Source of the DNA: Anaerohalosphaeraceae bacterium
Lineage (GTDB): Bacteria; Planctomycetota; Phycisphaerae; Sedimentisphaerales; Anaerohalosphaeraceae
Length of the DNA: 22,710 nt
Assembly: GCA_050309605.1 (NCBI GenBank)
Contig: JBNRMN010000012.1
Span: 1-22,710, forward strand
Direction of reading: 5' to 3'
Shown here: positions 9,486 to 18,561 of the stretch, one piece after another
How the letters are laid out: every line of letters starts with the position of its first letter
Position numbering within the stretch: the stretch's first letter is position 1
Position numbers and translations under genes: made by a program
The notes under the pieces: generated by a model
What the model was told of the DNA's origin: nothing
Seen by the model: only the letters and a program-made list of their open reading frames with translations
Database searches by the model: none

Positions 9486-10178
9486 ATGGACAAGACACAT
9501 ACTAAATGGGGTGTTGTGTTTGACGTGGACGGCACAATGGTCAGTAATACCGCCTACCATCGACAGGCGTGGTTCGAATTGTGCGCACGGTACGGTATTT
9601 CGATGACGCACGAGGCCTATCACATCAAGATTCACGCCCGCAGCAATGATAAAATTGTGCCCAATCTGTTCGGCCCGGAAGTGGACGAGGCGTTTATCCG
9701 CAAAATAGAAATTGAAAAAGAGTCACTTTATCAGGAATTGTTCCGCCCCGTGATGCGCGAAACGCCCGGCCTGACTGACCTTCTGGCGGCGTTAAATCAA
9801 GCGGGCATCCCCTGCGGAGCCGCCTCCAACTCACCGAAAGCCAATGTGGATTTTGTGCTGGACGGTTTGGGTATCCGAGGTCATTTTTCGGCCATCTTCT
9901 GTCGGGATGATGTGGCGGTCGGCAAACCCGATCCGGAGCTGCTGCTCAGGACAGCGGCCCGATTGAATCTGCCGCCGAATCGGTGTCTGGTGATCGAAGA
10001 CTCCGTCTCAGGCTTTGCCGCCGCCCGAAACGCGGGTATGCCGTATGTGGTCATCACCGCCGGAGGCGACCCGTCAGAACTGGCACAGGCCCAGGATGCC
10101 CGGCAGATTTGTGAAGATTTTACCACCCTGACGCCGGACACTCTGGCCGTATTGATCAACGGCTGTCCAACCCATTAA
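9486..10178 (+). CDS. HAD-superfamily hydrolase (beta-phosphoglucomutase/CbbY-like, subfamily IA)
   Basis: Motif I 'FDVDGT', motif II 'ASN', motif III 'GKPDP', motif IV 'IEDSVSG..AARNAGM'. Confidence 0.9.
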   Translation: MDKTHTKWGVVFDVDGTMVSNTAYHRQAWFELCARYGISMTHEAYHIKIHARSNDKIVPNLFGPEVDEAFIRKIEIEKESLYQELFRPVMRETPGLTDLLAALNQAGIPCGAASNSPKANVDFVLDGLGIRGHFSAIFCRDDVAVGKPDPELLLRTAARLNLPPNRCLVIEDSVSGFAAARNAGMPYVVITAGGDPSELAQAQDARQICEDFTTLTPDTLAVLINGCPTH

Positions 10179-10201
10179 CATTTGCAGCAGCCGGACTTCA
10201 A

Positions 10202-10314
10202 CAGCCGAGCCGCGCAAGCGGCCGGATAATAAACAAACGCCAGCCGAGCCGCGCAAGCGGCCGGATACCCCCCGCACCGTCCGCACCCCATCGGGCGGCT
10301 TGCGCCGCCGCGCT
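10202..10314. repeat. REP-like cluster 1: two direct copies plus one inverted variant of a GNRA hairpin repeat
   Basis: CAGCCGAGCCGCGCAAGCGGCCGGATA identical at 10202-10228 and 10241-10267; inverted variant (revcomp AGCGCGGCGGCGCAAGCCGCCCGAT) at 10290-10314; lies between convergent genes. Confidence 0.85.
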
Positions 10315-10364
10315 ATTGCGCCGGGATGATGTTGCCGTGTTATTGTTGGTCTCTTCGGTTTGAA

Positions 10365-10889
10365 TCAAAGAAACTCAAGCAAGCGAGCCAACGCCAAACG
10401 CCCCTGTTCATCTCGGCCGGCCGGGGCGCCGGATTCAAGATAGGCGGTATGGAGACGGGCCAGCGACTGATTCACCTGATCCATATCGAGCGTATTAGCG
10501 GGACCAAACTTGATGGCGTCCGCCTGCGAAGCGGTAAAATTCTTTTGGCAGAAGATCACGCAATGGCTCGGCTCATCGTCCCGGTCATCCAGATATACCA
10601 GCGGCAGGCCGTGGGTGCGGCAGATGATGGGACGAAACGAATAAATCTGACACAGGCCGTCTTTCAAAAATCCGCACGAAGCGGCCTCATCAAACACCGG
10701 CCTGATCCCGGCTGCCCGGACATCTTCAACAATCGCAAAAAACTCCACCGGCCAGACCGTCAGATTCATACAGCAATCAGTACACTGTTGACGGCAGCGG
10801 ATATGATGAGCGTGTATGGCATACAACGCATCAGACTGCCGATCCACATCGGCACGCAATTGACGGTATTTTTGAATGACTTCATCCAT
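10365..10889 (-). CDS. YkgJ/UPF0153-family cysteine-cluster (putative Zn/Fe-S-binding) protein
   Basis: CxxxCxxCC ('CRQQCTDCC'), then 'CGFL...CQIYSFRPIICRT' and a distal Cys; starts 3 nt after the maturase stop. Confidence 0.85.
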   Translation of the reverse strand: MDEVIQKYRQLRADVDRQSDALYAIHAHHIRCRQQCTDCCMNLTVWPVEFFAIVEDVRAAGIRPVFDEAASCGFLKDGLCQIYSFRPIICRTHGLPLVYLDDRDDEPSHCVIFCQKNFTASQADAIKFGPANTLDMDQVNQSLARLHTAYLESGAPAGRDEQGRLALARLLEFL

Positions 10890-10892
10890 CCG

Positions 10893-12014
10893 TTAAATTT
10901 TCCCGTCTCGGATTTTCTGAGCAATCGCGCGAAGCGACGGCAGGGCGTGGTCGAAGAACAGTTTGTAGCCCTCGCAGAAATAGCTGGGGGCCTTGTGCGT
11001 CCCGGTCAGCATCGCGCGGTCTTTGGGGCAGCCGCCGCGACAAGCGTCCAGATAGCGGCAGACAAGACATTTATTGGCGATGTCGGTTTTTCTGCGGGCA
11101 AAGGCACGCTTGACATCCGAACCGGCCAACTGCTCCATCGGCGTGTTCATCAGGTTGCCCAGCCGGGTCTGGTCGGTCACGTAAAAGTCGCAGCAAAACG
11201 CATCGCCATTGTGCTCAATCACGATATAATCATTGCAGCGACGGGCAAAGGTACACTCGGTATGCGGTCCGCCCAATAAAAAACTCAGCAGGCTGTCAAA
11301 CAGGCGGATGCTGCGTTTACGAACGCCCTCGGCCAACCAGCGGTCAAAGACACGGCACATAAACCGGCCGTACTGCTGCGGTGTGATACTGAACGGCGCC
11401 GCACGAGTCGGATCATCGAAGTCTTTTTCCACACACGGCACAAACTGAAGAAACCGCACATCCATATTCTGAAAAAAATCATACAGCACGTCGGGTTGTT
11501 CAACGTTCACATTATTGAGCAGCACGAGAACGTTAAACTCCACCTTGTGCTTGCGGCAGTTCTCCAGCCCTGCCATCACGCGGTCAAACGTGCCGTTGCC
11601 GGCGCGATCTTTGCGATACACATCGTGAAGCTCTTTTGGTCCATCCACGCTGATACCGATCAGGAACTTGTACTCGGCCAAAAACGTGCACCAATTGTCA
11701 TCCAGCAGAATACCGTTGGTCTGCAGGGCATTGGTTACGGCCTGACCGGATGAACCGTACTGTTTTTGCAGCGCAACCAGCCGTTTGTAAAAATCCAGCC
11801 CCATCAGCGTCGGTTCGCCCCCCTGCCAGGCGAAGCCGTTCTGCTCAAACCCCAGCGACAGATAACTGTTGACCAGCCGCTCCTGGACGGCTTGGCTCAT
11901 TCGATGAGCGCCGCCGCCGAACAGCTCCGATTTGCAGGTATAAAAACAGTAGTCACAAGCGATATTGCAATCCGGCCCGGCAGGCTTAATCAACAATGTA
12001 AACGGACGAGCCAT
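10893..12014 (-). CDS. Anaerobic sulfatase-maturating enzyme (radical SAM + SPASM; anSME/AslB/ChuR family)
   Basis: 'LLIKP.G..CNIACDYCFY', 'WQGGEPTL', 'QTNG', 'GISVDGP', SPASM 'C...C...CCD...CxxC.....CRGGCP...YFC'. Start set to ATG 12014 (MARPF), after GGGGAG and the nifS stop. Confidence 0.92.
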   Translation of the reverse strand: MARPFTLLIKPAGPDCNIACDYCFYTCKSELFGGGAHRMSQAVQERLVNSYLSLGFEQNGFAWQGGEPTLMGLDFYKRLVALQKQYGSSGQAVTNALQTNGILLDDNWCTFLAEYKFLIGISVDGPKELHDVYRKDRAGNGTFDRVMAGLENCRKHKVEFNVLVLLNNVNVEQPDVLYDFFQNMDVRFLQFVPCVEKDFDDPTRAAPFSITPQQYGRFMCRVFDRWLAEGVRKRSIRLFDSLLSFLLGGPHTECTFARRCNDYIVIEHNGDAFCCDFYVTDQTRLGNLMNTPMEQLAGSDVKRAFARRKTDIANKCLVCRYLDACRGGCPKDRAMLTGTHKAPSYFCEGYKLFFDHALPSLRAIAQKIRDGKI

Positions 12015-12024
12015 CCGCACTCCC

Positions 12025-13194
12025 CTATCGTGCCGCCTTGGCGGCAAACGGGCTAAGCTCTCGCAACCGGTTGATGATCGGTACGATCCGCTCGATCACA
12101 AAATCCACTTCCGCTTGTGTGTTGTATCGGCTCAGACTGAAGCGAATCGATCCGTGTGCGGCCGTAAACGGCACGCCCATCGCCCGCAGCACATGCGACG
12201 GCTCGAGCGAACCGGATGTACAGGCCGAGCCGGAACTGGCACAAATGCCGAATTTATTGAGCATCATCAAAATCGACTCCCCTTCGATGTACTCAAAGCT
12301 GATATTCGTGGTATTCGGCAGGCGATTGTCCACGTCGCCATTGACAAAGCAATCCGAACAGGTGCTCAAAATACCCTGCTCCAGTCGGTCGCGCAGCGCC
12401 CTGACGCGGGTATTTTCCTCATCCATATAGCGCATCGCCAATTCGCACGCCTTGCCCATTGCGATAATGCCGGGCACATTCTCCGTTCCGCCGCGACGTC
12501 CGGACTCCTGATGGCCGCCGTGCATAAACGTCCCGATGCGCGTTCCCCGGCGGACATACAAAACGCCGATGCCCTTCGGGGCATGCAGCTTATGCCCCGA
12601 CAGACTCAACAGGTCGATGGGACTGTCTTTAAGGTTCAGCGGAATCTTGCCGACGGCCTGCACCGCATCGGTATGAAATACCACGCCGCGTGCCTTGACG
12701 ATCTCGGCGATCCGTTCAATCGGAAATACCGTTCCGGTCTCATTGTTGGCCCACATCACCGACACCAGCGCCGTATTGTCATCGATGCGAAAACCGATCT
12801 GATCGATATCCAGCCGCCCCTGTCGGTCCACGCCGATTTCCGAGACGCTGTAGCCGTGCCGTTCCAGATCACGGCAGGTCGCCAGCACCGCCGAATGCTC
12901 CACCCGCGTCGTCACGATCTTGCGCTTCTCCGGAACCATCGTCAGCGTCCCCTTAATCGCTGTATTATCGCTTTCGGTGCCGCAGCTTGTAAAGATAACC
13001 TCTTCGGGATGGCAGCCCAGCAGCGCCGCGACCTGCTCGCGCGCCCGTGCAATATCCCGCGCAACATTGCCGCCGAACGAATGCATGCTGGAGGGGTTGC
13101 CGTAACGCTGCGTCAAATACGGCAGCATCGCTTCGACCACCTCATCGGCCACCCGCGTGGTGGCGTTGTTATCCATATAGATCACATTATTCAT
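12025..13194 (-). CDS. nifS: Cysteine desulfurase NifS/IscS
   Basis: 'YMDNNATT', 'YGNPSSMH', 'HTDAVQ', PLP lysine 'SGHKLHAPKG', catalytic 'SSGSACTSGSLEPSHVL'; directly downstream of nifU. Confidence 0.95.
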   Translation of the reverse strand: MNNVIYMDNNATTRVADEVVEAMLPYLTQRYGNPSSMHSFGGNVARDIARAREQVAALLGCHPEEVIFTSCGTESDNTAIKGTLTMVPEKRKIVTTRVEHSAVLATCRDLERHGYSVSEIGVDRQGRLDIDQIGFRIDDNTALVSVMWANNETGTVFPIERIAEIVKARGVVFHTDAVQAVGKIPLNLKDSPIDLLSLSGHKLHAPKGIGVLYVRRGTRIGTFMHGGHQESGRRGGTENVPGIIAMGKACELAMRYMDEENTRVRALRDRLEQGILSTCSDCFVNGDVDNRLPNTTNISFEYIEGESILMMLNKFGICASSGSACTSGSLEPSHVLRAMGVPFTAAHGSIRFSLSRYNTQAEVDFVIERIVPIINRLRELSPFAAKAAR

Positions 13195-13223
13195 AAGGCT
13201 TCTCCCGGCCGTCGATTATTTCA

Positions 13224-14081
13224 TCAGTCTTTTAATTCTTCCACCATCAGCGACTCGCTGACATACTCTTTCAGGCGTGCCTCAACAACATCGCGCATGG
13301 TAAACTCCGCCATCTTGCACTGGGCACACATCCCGCGAAACGCCACGATGACCTTGTCGCCTTCGACATCGATCAACTCAACATCGCCGCCGTCGGCCCG
13401 CAGCGCCGGGCGAATCTGCTCGTTGATGGTCTGCTGAATCAACTGAATCTTCTGAATATTGGTCAGCCGCCCCGGCCGAGCCGGTTTGGCCGCCGCAGGG
13501 GCGGCCTGCTGCTGTCCGATGACCTCGTCAATCAATTCGGCAATACGTCCTTTACAGCCGCCGCACCCGCCGCCAGCCTTGCAGTAATTGGTCACCTGCT
13601 CGACCGTGGTCAGATGGTTCTCACGAACAACTTTGCGAATCTCCTCATCGGTCACGCCGAAACAGGTACAGACAATGACCCCTTTGGATTTTTCGGGTCG
13701 TTGGCCCCCTTTGCGTCGATAGTAATCCTCAATGGCCGCTTCCAGCGCTTCCTGTCCCATCACCGAGCAGTGCATCTTCTGGTCGGGCAGTCCGCCGAGC
13801 CGCTTGACAATATCCTGATTGGTGATTTGAGCCGCCTGCTCCAGCGTCATGCCTTTGATCATCTCGGTCAGCACCGACGAGGAGGCCACCGCACTGGCGC
13901 AGCCGAAGGTTTGAAATTTGGCGTCGGCGATCCGCCCTTCGCTGTCCAGTTTGAACGTCAGGGTCAGTGCGTCGCCGCAGGCCATCGAACCGACTTCTCC
14001 GACGCCGTCGGCATCGTCAACCCGCCCGACATTGCGCGGATTGAAAAAATGGTCCATGACACTATCCGTATAATCCCACAT
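13224..14081 (-). CDS. nifU: Three-domain Fe-S scaffold NifU
   Basis: IscU domain ('MACGD', 'FQTFGC', 'KMHCS'), Bfd-like [2Fe-2S] domain ('CTCFGV...GGGCGGC'), Nfu domain ('IRPAL..DGGDVEL...GMCAQC'). Confidence 0.95.
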   Translation of the reverse strand: MWDYTDSVMDHFFNPRNVGRVDDADGVGEVGSMACGDALTLTFKLDSEGRIADAKFQTFGCASAVASSSVLTEMIKGMTLEQAAQITNQDIVKRLGGLPDQKMHCSVMGQEALEAAIEDYYRRKGGQRPEKSKGVIVCTCFGVTDEEIRKVVRENHLTTVEQVTNYCKAGGGCGGCKGRIAELIDEVIGQQQAAPAAAKPARPGRLTNIQKIQLIQQTINEQIRPALRADGGDVELIDVEGDKVIVAFRGMCAQCKMAEFTMRDVVEARLKEYVSESLMVEELKD

Positions 14082-14117
14082 ATCGTTTCCTCTGCTCTAA
14101 TAAAAACCGCCGCCTTG

Positions 14118-14225
14118 CTCAAAATGAAAAAGGCAAAATGACAATGAAAATCAAAAATGATCAAACGGTCGGCATATTGTTTTACTTGTCATTTTGATTT
14201 TTGCTCTTTGATTTTTAATTTTTCA
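14118..14225. repeat. AT-rich heptad-periodic inverted-repeat element A (overlaps metY stop)
   Basis: Arms 14134-14150 and 14180-14196 are 15/17 complementary; 7-nt periodicity (AAAATGA AAAAGGC AAAATGA; other arm as revcomp AAAAATC AAAGAGC AAAAATC AAAATGA). Confidence 0.7.
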
Positions 14226-15498
14226 ATGCTTGTTCAAAGTCCGCAATAATATCATCAATATGCTCGGTCCCGACCGACACCCGCACATAATCCGGCGTTA
14301 CGCCGGCGTGCAATTGCTCGTCTTCGGTCAATTGCTGGTGGGTCGTGCTGGCCGGGTGAATCACCAGCGTCTTGCTGTCCAGAACATTGGCCAGATGGCT
14401 GGCCAGTTTGACATGGTTGATAAAGTTCACGCCCGCCTCAAGGCCGCCCTTGACGCCAAAGCCCAAAATCGCCCCCTGCCCGTCGGGCAGAAACTGTTTC
14501 GCCAGATCATAATTCGGATGCGACGGCAGGCCGGGATAATTGACCCAACTGACCGCCGGATGCTTTTCCAGATACTGTGCCAGTTTCAGCGCATTTTCGC
14601 AATGCCGCGGCGCACGCAGATGCAGCGTCTCGATCCCCTGCAACAGCAAAAAGGCGTTAAACGGCGACAAACACGCCCCCGTATCCCGCAAAATATGCGT
14701 ACGAATCTTGATGATATAGGCCAGCTCGCCCAGCGCCTCGACGTATTTCAGCCCGTGGTAGCTCGGATCCGGCTCGGTCAGCATTGGAAACTTGCCGTTG
14801 GCCCACGGAAACCGGCCCGAATCAATCACAATGCCGCCGATGCTGTTGCCGTGACCGCCGATGATTTTCGTACACGAATGCACCACAATATCTGCGCCGT
14901 GCTCGATGGGACGAAACAGATACGGCGAGGTGACCGTATTATCGCAGATCAGCGGCACACCGTGATCGTGGGCAATCCGGGCAATGGCCGGATAGTCGGG
15001 CACATCATTCTTGGGATTGCCAATACTTTCAATGAACACCGCGCGGGTATTGTCGCGCATCGCCGTGGCGAAATTGTCCGGCTCGTTGGGGTCCACGAGC
15101 GTGACCTCAATGCCCATCTTCGGCAGCGTATGCGTAAACAGGGTGCACGTGCCCCCGTACAGCGAACTGGACGATACCACATGCGACCCGGCCGGAGCGA
15201 TATTCAAAATCGCCGCGTTAATCGCCGCCATCCCGGAACTGAACGCACAGGCGCCAACACCGCCTTCCATCGCTGCCAGCCGTTTTTCGAGCACATCCGT
15301 CGTCGGATTCATAATCCGCGTATAAATGTTGCCGAATTCCTTCAGTGCGAATAAATCCGCCGCGTGCTGACTGTCGCGAAACACATAACTGCTGGTCTGA
15401 TAGATCGGCACGGCCCGACTGAGCGTATCCTGATCGACCGTCTGGCCGGCGTGAATCGCCAGCGTATCCAGTTTGTAATGATTTTCTGTTTCTGCCAT
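14215..15498 (-). CDS. metY: O-acetylhomoserine/O-acetylserine sulfhydrylase (MetY/Met17 family)
   Basis: 'VPIYQTSSY', '[11 protein letters not shown]', 'DNT', PLP lysine '[11 protein letters not shown]', '[12 protein letters not shown]'. Start set to ATG 15498 (MAETEN) after AAGGAG. Confidence 0.9.
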   Translation of the reverse strand: MAETENHYKLDTLAIHAGQTVDQDTLSRAVPIYQTSSYVFRDSQHAADLFALKEFGNIYTRIMNPTTDVLEKRLAAMEGGVGACAFSSGMAAINAAILNIAPAGSHVVSSSSLYGGTCTLFTHTLPKMGIEVTLVDPNEPDNFATAMRDNTRAVFIESIGNPKNDVPDYPAIARIAHDHGVPLICDNTVTSPYLFRPIEHGADIVVHSCTKIIGGHGNSIGGIVIDSGRFPWANGKFPMLTEPDPSYHGLKYVEALGELAYIIKIRTHILRDTGACLSPFNAFLLLQGIETLHLRAPRHCENALKLAQYLEKHPAVSWVNYPGLPSHPNYDLAKQFLPDGQGAILGFGVKGGLEAGVNFINHVKLASHLANVLDSKTLVIHPASTTHQQLTEDEQLHAGVTPDYVRVSVGTEHIDDIIADFEQALKN

Positions 15499-15535
15499 GG
15501 TATTTATACTCCTTAACGAATAAGGGGTTCGATAG

Positions 15536-15660
15536 CCAAAATCAAATATTAACAATAAAAGAGCAATAACACAGAATAAACATCAAAGAACTGTCTCCGA
15601 AAAAACGCATCGTGGGCGGCATTCTTTATTTTTCAGTGTCATTTTTAATTTTTATTTTGC
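15536..15660. repeat. AT-rich heptad-periodic inverted-repeat element B (overlaps nadA stop)
   Basis: Heptads CAAATAT TAACAAT AAAAGAG CAATAAC; 15565-15576 pairs with 15632-15643 (10/12) and 15585-15590 with 15622-15627; shares AAAAATTAAAAAT and AAAATGACA with element A. Confidence 0.6.
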
Positions 15661-16565
15661 GACGGCACGATTTCAATCATCCGTTTTAGCGACAGTCTGG
15701 CTTTGGCCGCAACATCGGCCGGCACGGTAATGCGGTACTGCATATCCTCCAGCGACCAGAGGACTTTCTCCAGCGAAATCTTCTTCATATTCGGACACAC
15801 CGCCCGCTTGGAGGCCTTCACAAACCGCCGATCCGGGTACATTTTTTGCAATGTATGAAGAATGCCGCTTTCCGTCGCGATAATAAACGTCTCGGCCTTG
15901 CTTTTCGGGATAAATTCGAGCATTTGGCCCGTACTGAGCAATTCATCAGAAATCGCCCGTACTGCCGGCGTGCATTCGGGATGGGCCAGCACCACCGCGC
16001 CGGGGTATTCCTTTCGCATCGCCTCAACGGCCTCCGGCTCAATCCAGACATGCGTCGGGCAATACCCCGGCCAGAGAATCATCTCTCGGCCGGTTCGCTC
16101 ACTGACAAAAGCCCCCAGATTCTGATCGGGCACAAAGATAATCAGCCGGTCCGTCGGCAGAGAATTGACCACCGCCGCCGCATTGCTGCTCGTACAGCAG
16201 TAATCGCTCAGCGCCTTGACCTCGGCGGTCGAGTTGACATACGTAACGACCAACGCATCGGGGTGTTTTTCCTTCAACGCCCGAAGCTGCTCGGCGTCGA
16301 TCATATCGGCCATGGGACAGCCGGCGGTTTTTTCCGGCAGCAGCACGGTCTTATCCGGCGACAGAATCGCCGCCGTCTCGGCCATAAAATGCACGCCGCA
16401 AAAGACAATCACCTCGGCGTCCGTCTTTGACGCTTCAATGCTCAACCCCAGCGAATCGCCGGTGAAATCTGCGATGTCCTGCACCGGACCGACCTGATAA
16501 TTATGCGCCAAAATGACCGCTTTGCGATCGTTCTTTAACTGGTGTATGCGTTTAATAATATCCAT
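15645..16565 (-). CDS. nadA: Quinolinate synthase A
   Basis: 'ILAHNYQ', 'GDSL', 'FCGVHFMAETA', three Fe-S Cys ('AGCPMA', 'GYCPTH', 'CPNMK'), 'YVNS', 'HPEC'. Confidence 0.96.
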   Translation of the reverse strand: MDIIKRIHQLKNDRKAVILAHNYQVGPVQDIADFTGDSLGLSIEASKTDAEVIVFCGVHFMAETAAILSPDKTVLLPEKTAGCPMADMIDAEQLRALKEKHPDALVVTYVNSTAEVKALSDYCCTSSNAAAVVNSLPTDRLIIFVPDQNLGAFVSERTGREMILWPGYCPTHVWIEPEAVEAMRKEYPGAVVLAHPECTPAVRAISDELLSTGQMLEFIPKSKAETFIIATESGILHTLQKMYPDRRFVKASKRAVCPNMKKISLEKVLWSLEDMQYRITVPADVAAKARLSLKRMIEIVPSQNKN

Positions 16566-16671
16566 TGTATTGCATTTATGTCCATTTCAGAACAGCACGT
16601 CGAAACGCCCCGTTATTGATTGTTATATCGGCTGCTGCATAAGCCGCTGCGTTACCCCGTTATTATATCAT

Positions 16672-17613
16672 TTATGACGCGCCGGACGTGCGGCTCTTTT
16701 TGCGATAGACCAAATCGGGCTTGGAAATCGTCACAATCGTACCCGGCGGCACCGAATCGCGTATCCATACGTTGCCGCCGATGACCGCCCCGGCGCCGAT
16801 GGTGATATCGCCCAGAATCGTCGCCTCGGCGTACACCGTGACGTTATCTTCAAGCGTCGGATGGCGTTTGCGATCCCGAATAATCTGGCCCCGCTCATCC
16901 CGCGGAAAACTCAGCGCCCCCAGGGTGACGCCCTGATAAATCTTGACATTGTCACCGATGATTGCCGTTTCGCCGATAACCACGCCGGTGCCATGGTCGA
17001 TGAAGAAATTTCGCCCGATGTGCGCGGCGGGGTGAATATCAATCCCCGTTTTGGAATGGGCATACTCACTCATCATACGAGGAATCAGAGGCACTTCCAG
17101 ATGATTCAGCTCATGGGCAATTCGATGAATCGAAATTGCCAGCAAATGCGGATAGCTGATGACGATTTCTTCAAACGACTTGGCCGCCGGATCGCCGTCG
17201 TAAGCCGCCTGCACATCCCCTTTGAGCAGTTCCCGAATCGAGGGGATGCGTCCCAGCAGCGCCATCGCATTGTGAACCGCCAGCGTGGCGCAATCACACG
17301 TGGGGCATTCCTGCATCCGGCAATTGTGACGCAGCGCCAACTCAATCTGTTCGGCCAGCTCCCGACGCAAAATCACAAGCAGTTCCATCACGACCGATTC
17401 GATGTTTTCCCGCGTTACGCGGCGCCGGCCCGTATAGCCGGGAAAAAGCAGCTCCAGCAGCAACTCAATGGTGCGGACGACTTTCTCCTTGACCGGCAGA
17501 TTCTTGACGTCGATAAAGTTGATGCCGGAATCGCCTTCATACGTGCGGATTATATCTTGTGTAATCTGATTAATATCAGGTCGGCTGTCAGGTTGACACT
17601 CGGCTGCATCCAT
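16672..17613 (-). CDS. cysE: Serine O-acetyltransferase (long EpsC-like type)
   Basis: 'GDPAA', 'YP', 'HRIAH', 'TGIDIHP', 'FFIDHGTGVVIGET', 'YQGVTLG', 'KRHPT' and hexapeptide repeats; adjacent to cysK. Confidence 0.93.
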   Translation of the reverse strand: MDAAECQPDSRPDINQITQDIIRTYEGDSGINFIDVKNLPVKEKVVRTIELLLELLFPGYTGRRRVTRENIESVVMELLVILRRELAEQIELALRHNCRMQECPTCDCATLAVHNAMALLGRIPSIRELLKGDVQAAYDGDPAAKSFEEIVISYPHLLAISIHRIAHELNHLEVPLIPRMMSEYAHSKTGIDIHPAAHIGRNFFIDHGTGVVIGETAIIGDNVKIYQGVTLGALSFPRDERGQIIRDRKRHPTLEDNVTVYAEATILGDITIGAGAVIGGNVWIRDSVPPGTIVTISKPDLVYRKKSRTSGAS

Positions 17614-17619
17614 GGTTGA

Positions 17620-18549
17620 TTACAAATTCGCGAACAATTCCGTCGAAAGATACCGCTCTCCGGTATCACACATAATAAACACAATCGTTTTGCCTTTATT
17701 TTCCGGCAGGTGCGACAGTTCACAGGCCACATAAGCGGCCGCGCCGGCACTGATACCGCCCAAGATTCCTTCCTGTCGAGCCATCCGGCGGGCGGTCTCC
17801 ATGGCCTGCTCGTTGGTCACCTGCACCACCTCATCATACACCGATGTATTCAGCACATCGGGAATAAACCCGGCGCCGATGCCCTGAATTTTGTGAACGC
17901 CCGCCCGGCCGCCGGACAAGACCGGCGAAGCGGCCGGCTCCACCGCAACGACCCGCAAATCGGCTTTTTTCTGCTTGAGCACCTCGCCGCAGCCGGTAAT
18001 CGTCCCGCCGGTACCGACACCGGCCACAAGAATATCAACCTGGCCATCCGTATCATTCCATATCTCAAGCGCCGTAGCGCCGCGATGGATGTCCGGATTG
18101 GCCGGATTGGAAAACTGGTCAAGCATCAAGGCATTGGGGATTTCACGACACAATCGATCAGCCTCCTCGACCGCACCGGTCATCCCCAAAGACGCAGACG
18201 TCAACACCACTTCGGCGCCAAGCATTCTGAGCAGCTTGCAGCGTTCGGCACTGGTCGCTTCAGGCATGGTCAGCATCAGCTTATAACCGCGCGCCGCACA
18301 GACACACGCCAGTCCGATGCCGGTATTGCCGCTGGTCGGCTCAACCAGGACGGTCTCTTGGCAGATCGCGCCGGCTCGTTCGGCGGCTTCAATCATAGCC
18401 ACCGCAATCCGATCCTTCACAGAGCCGCAGGGGTTAAACGATTCCAGCTTTGCAAGAACGCTTGTCCCCGGCCCAGCCAGACGTTTGAATCGCACCAAAG
18501 GCGTCTTCCCGACGGTCGCCGTGATATCCTCATACACATGCGCCATCAT
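17620..18549 (-). CDS. cysK: Cysteine synthase A (O-acetylserine sulfhydrylase)
   Basis: 'KLESFNP.GSVKDR' (PLP lysine), 'EPTSGNTG', 'QFSNPAN', 'GVGTGGT', 'HKIQGIG', 'DTGERYLST'. Start at 18549 or 18546. Confidence 0.95.
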   Translation of the reverse strand: MMAHVYEDITATVGKTPLVRFKRLAGPGTSVLAKLESFNPCGSVKDRIAVAMIEAAERAGAICQETVLVEPTSGNTGIGLACVCAARGYKLMLTMPEATSAERCKLLRMLGAEVVLTSASLGMTGAVEEADRLCREIPNALMLDQFSNPANPDIHRGATALEIWNDTDGQVDILVAGVGTGGTITGCGEVLKQKKADLRVVAVEPAASPVLSGGRAGVHKIQGIGAGFIPDVLNTSVYDEVVQVTNEQAMETARRMARQEGILGGISAGAAAYVACELSHLPENKGKTIVFIMCDTGERYLSTELFANL

Positions 18550-18561
18550 GCTGCCCTTGTG

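Noticed and set aside
12025..14081. nifSU as evidence of nitrogen fixation
   Set aside because: No nifHDKENB in the window; stand-alone NifSU is a known housekeeping system in many anaerobes.
15499..15644. SAM riboswitch or T-box upstream of metY
   Set aside because: No recognisable SAM-I core or T-box motif; the space is occupied by the heptad element. An Rfam scan would settle it.
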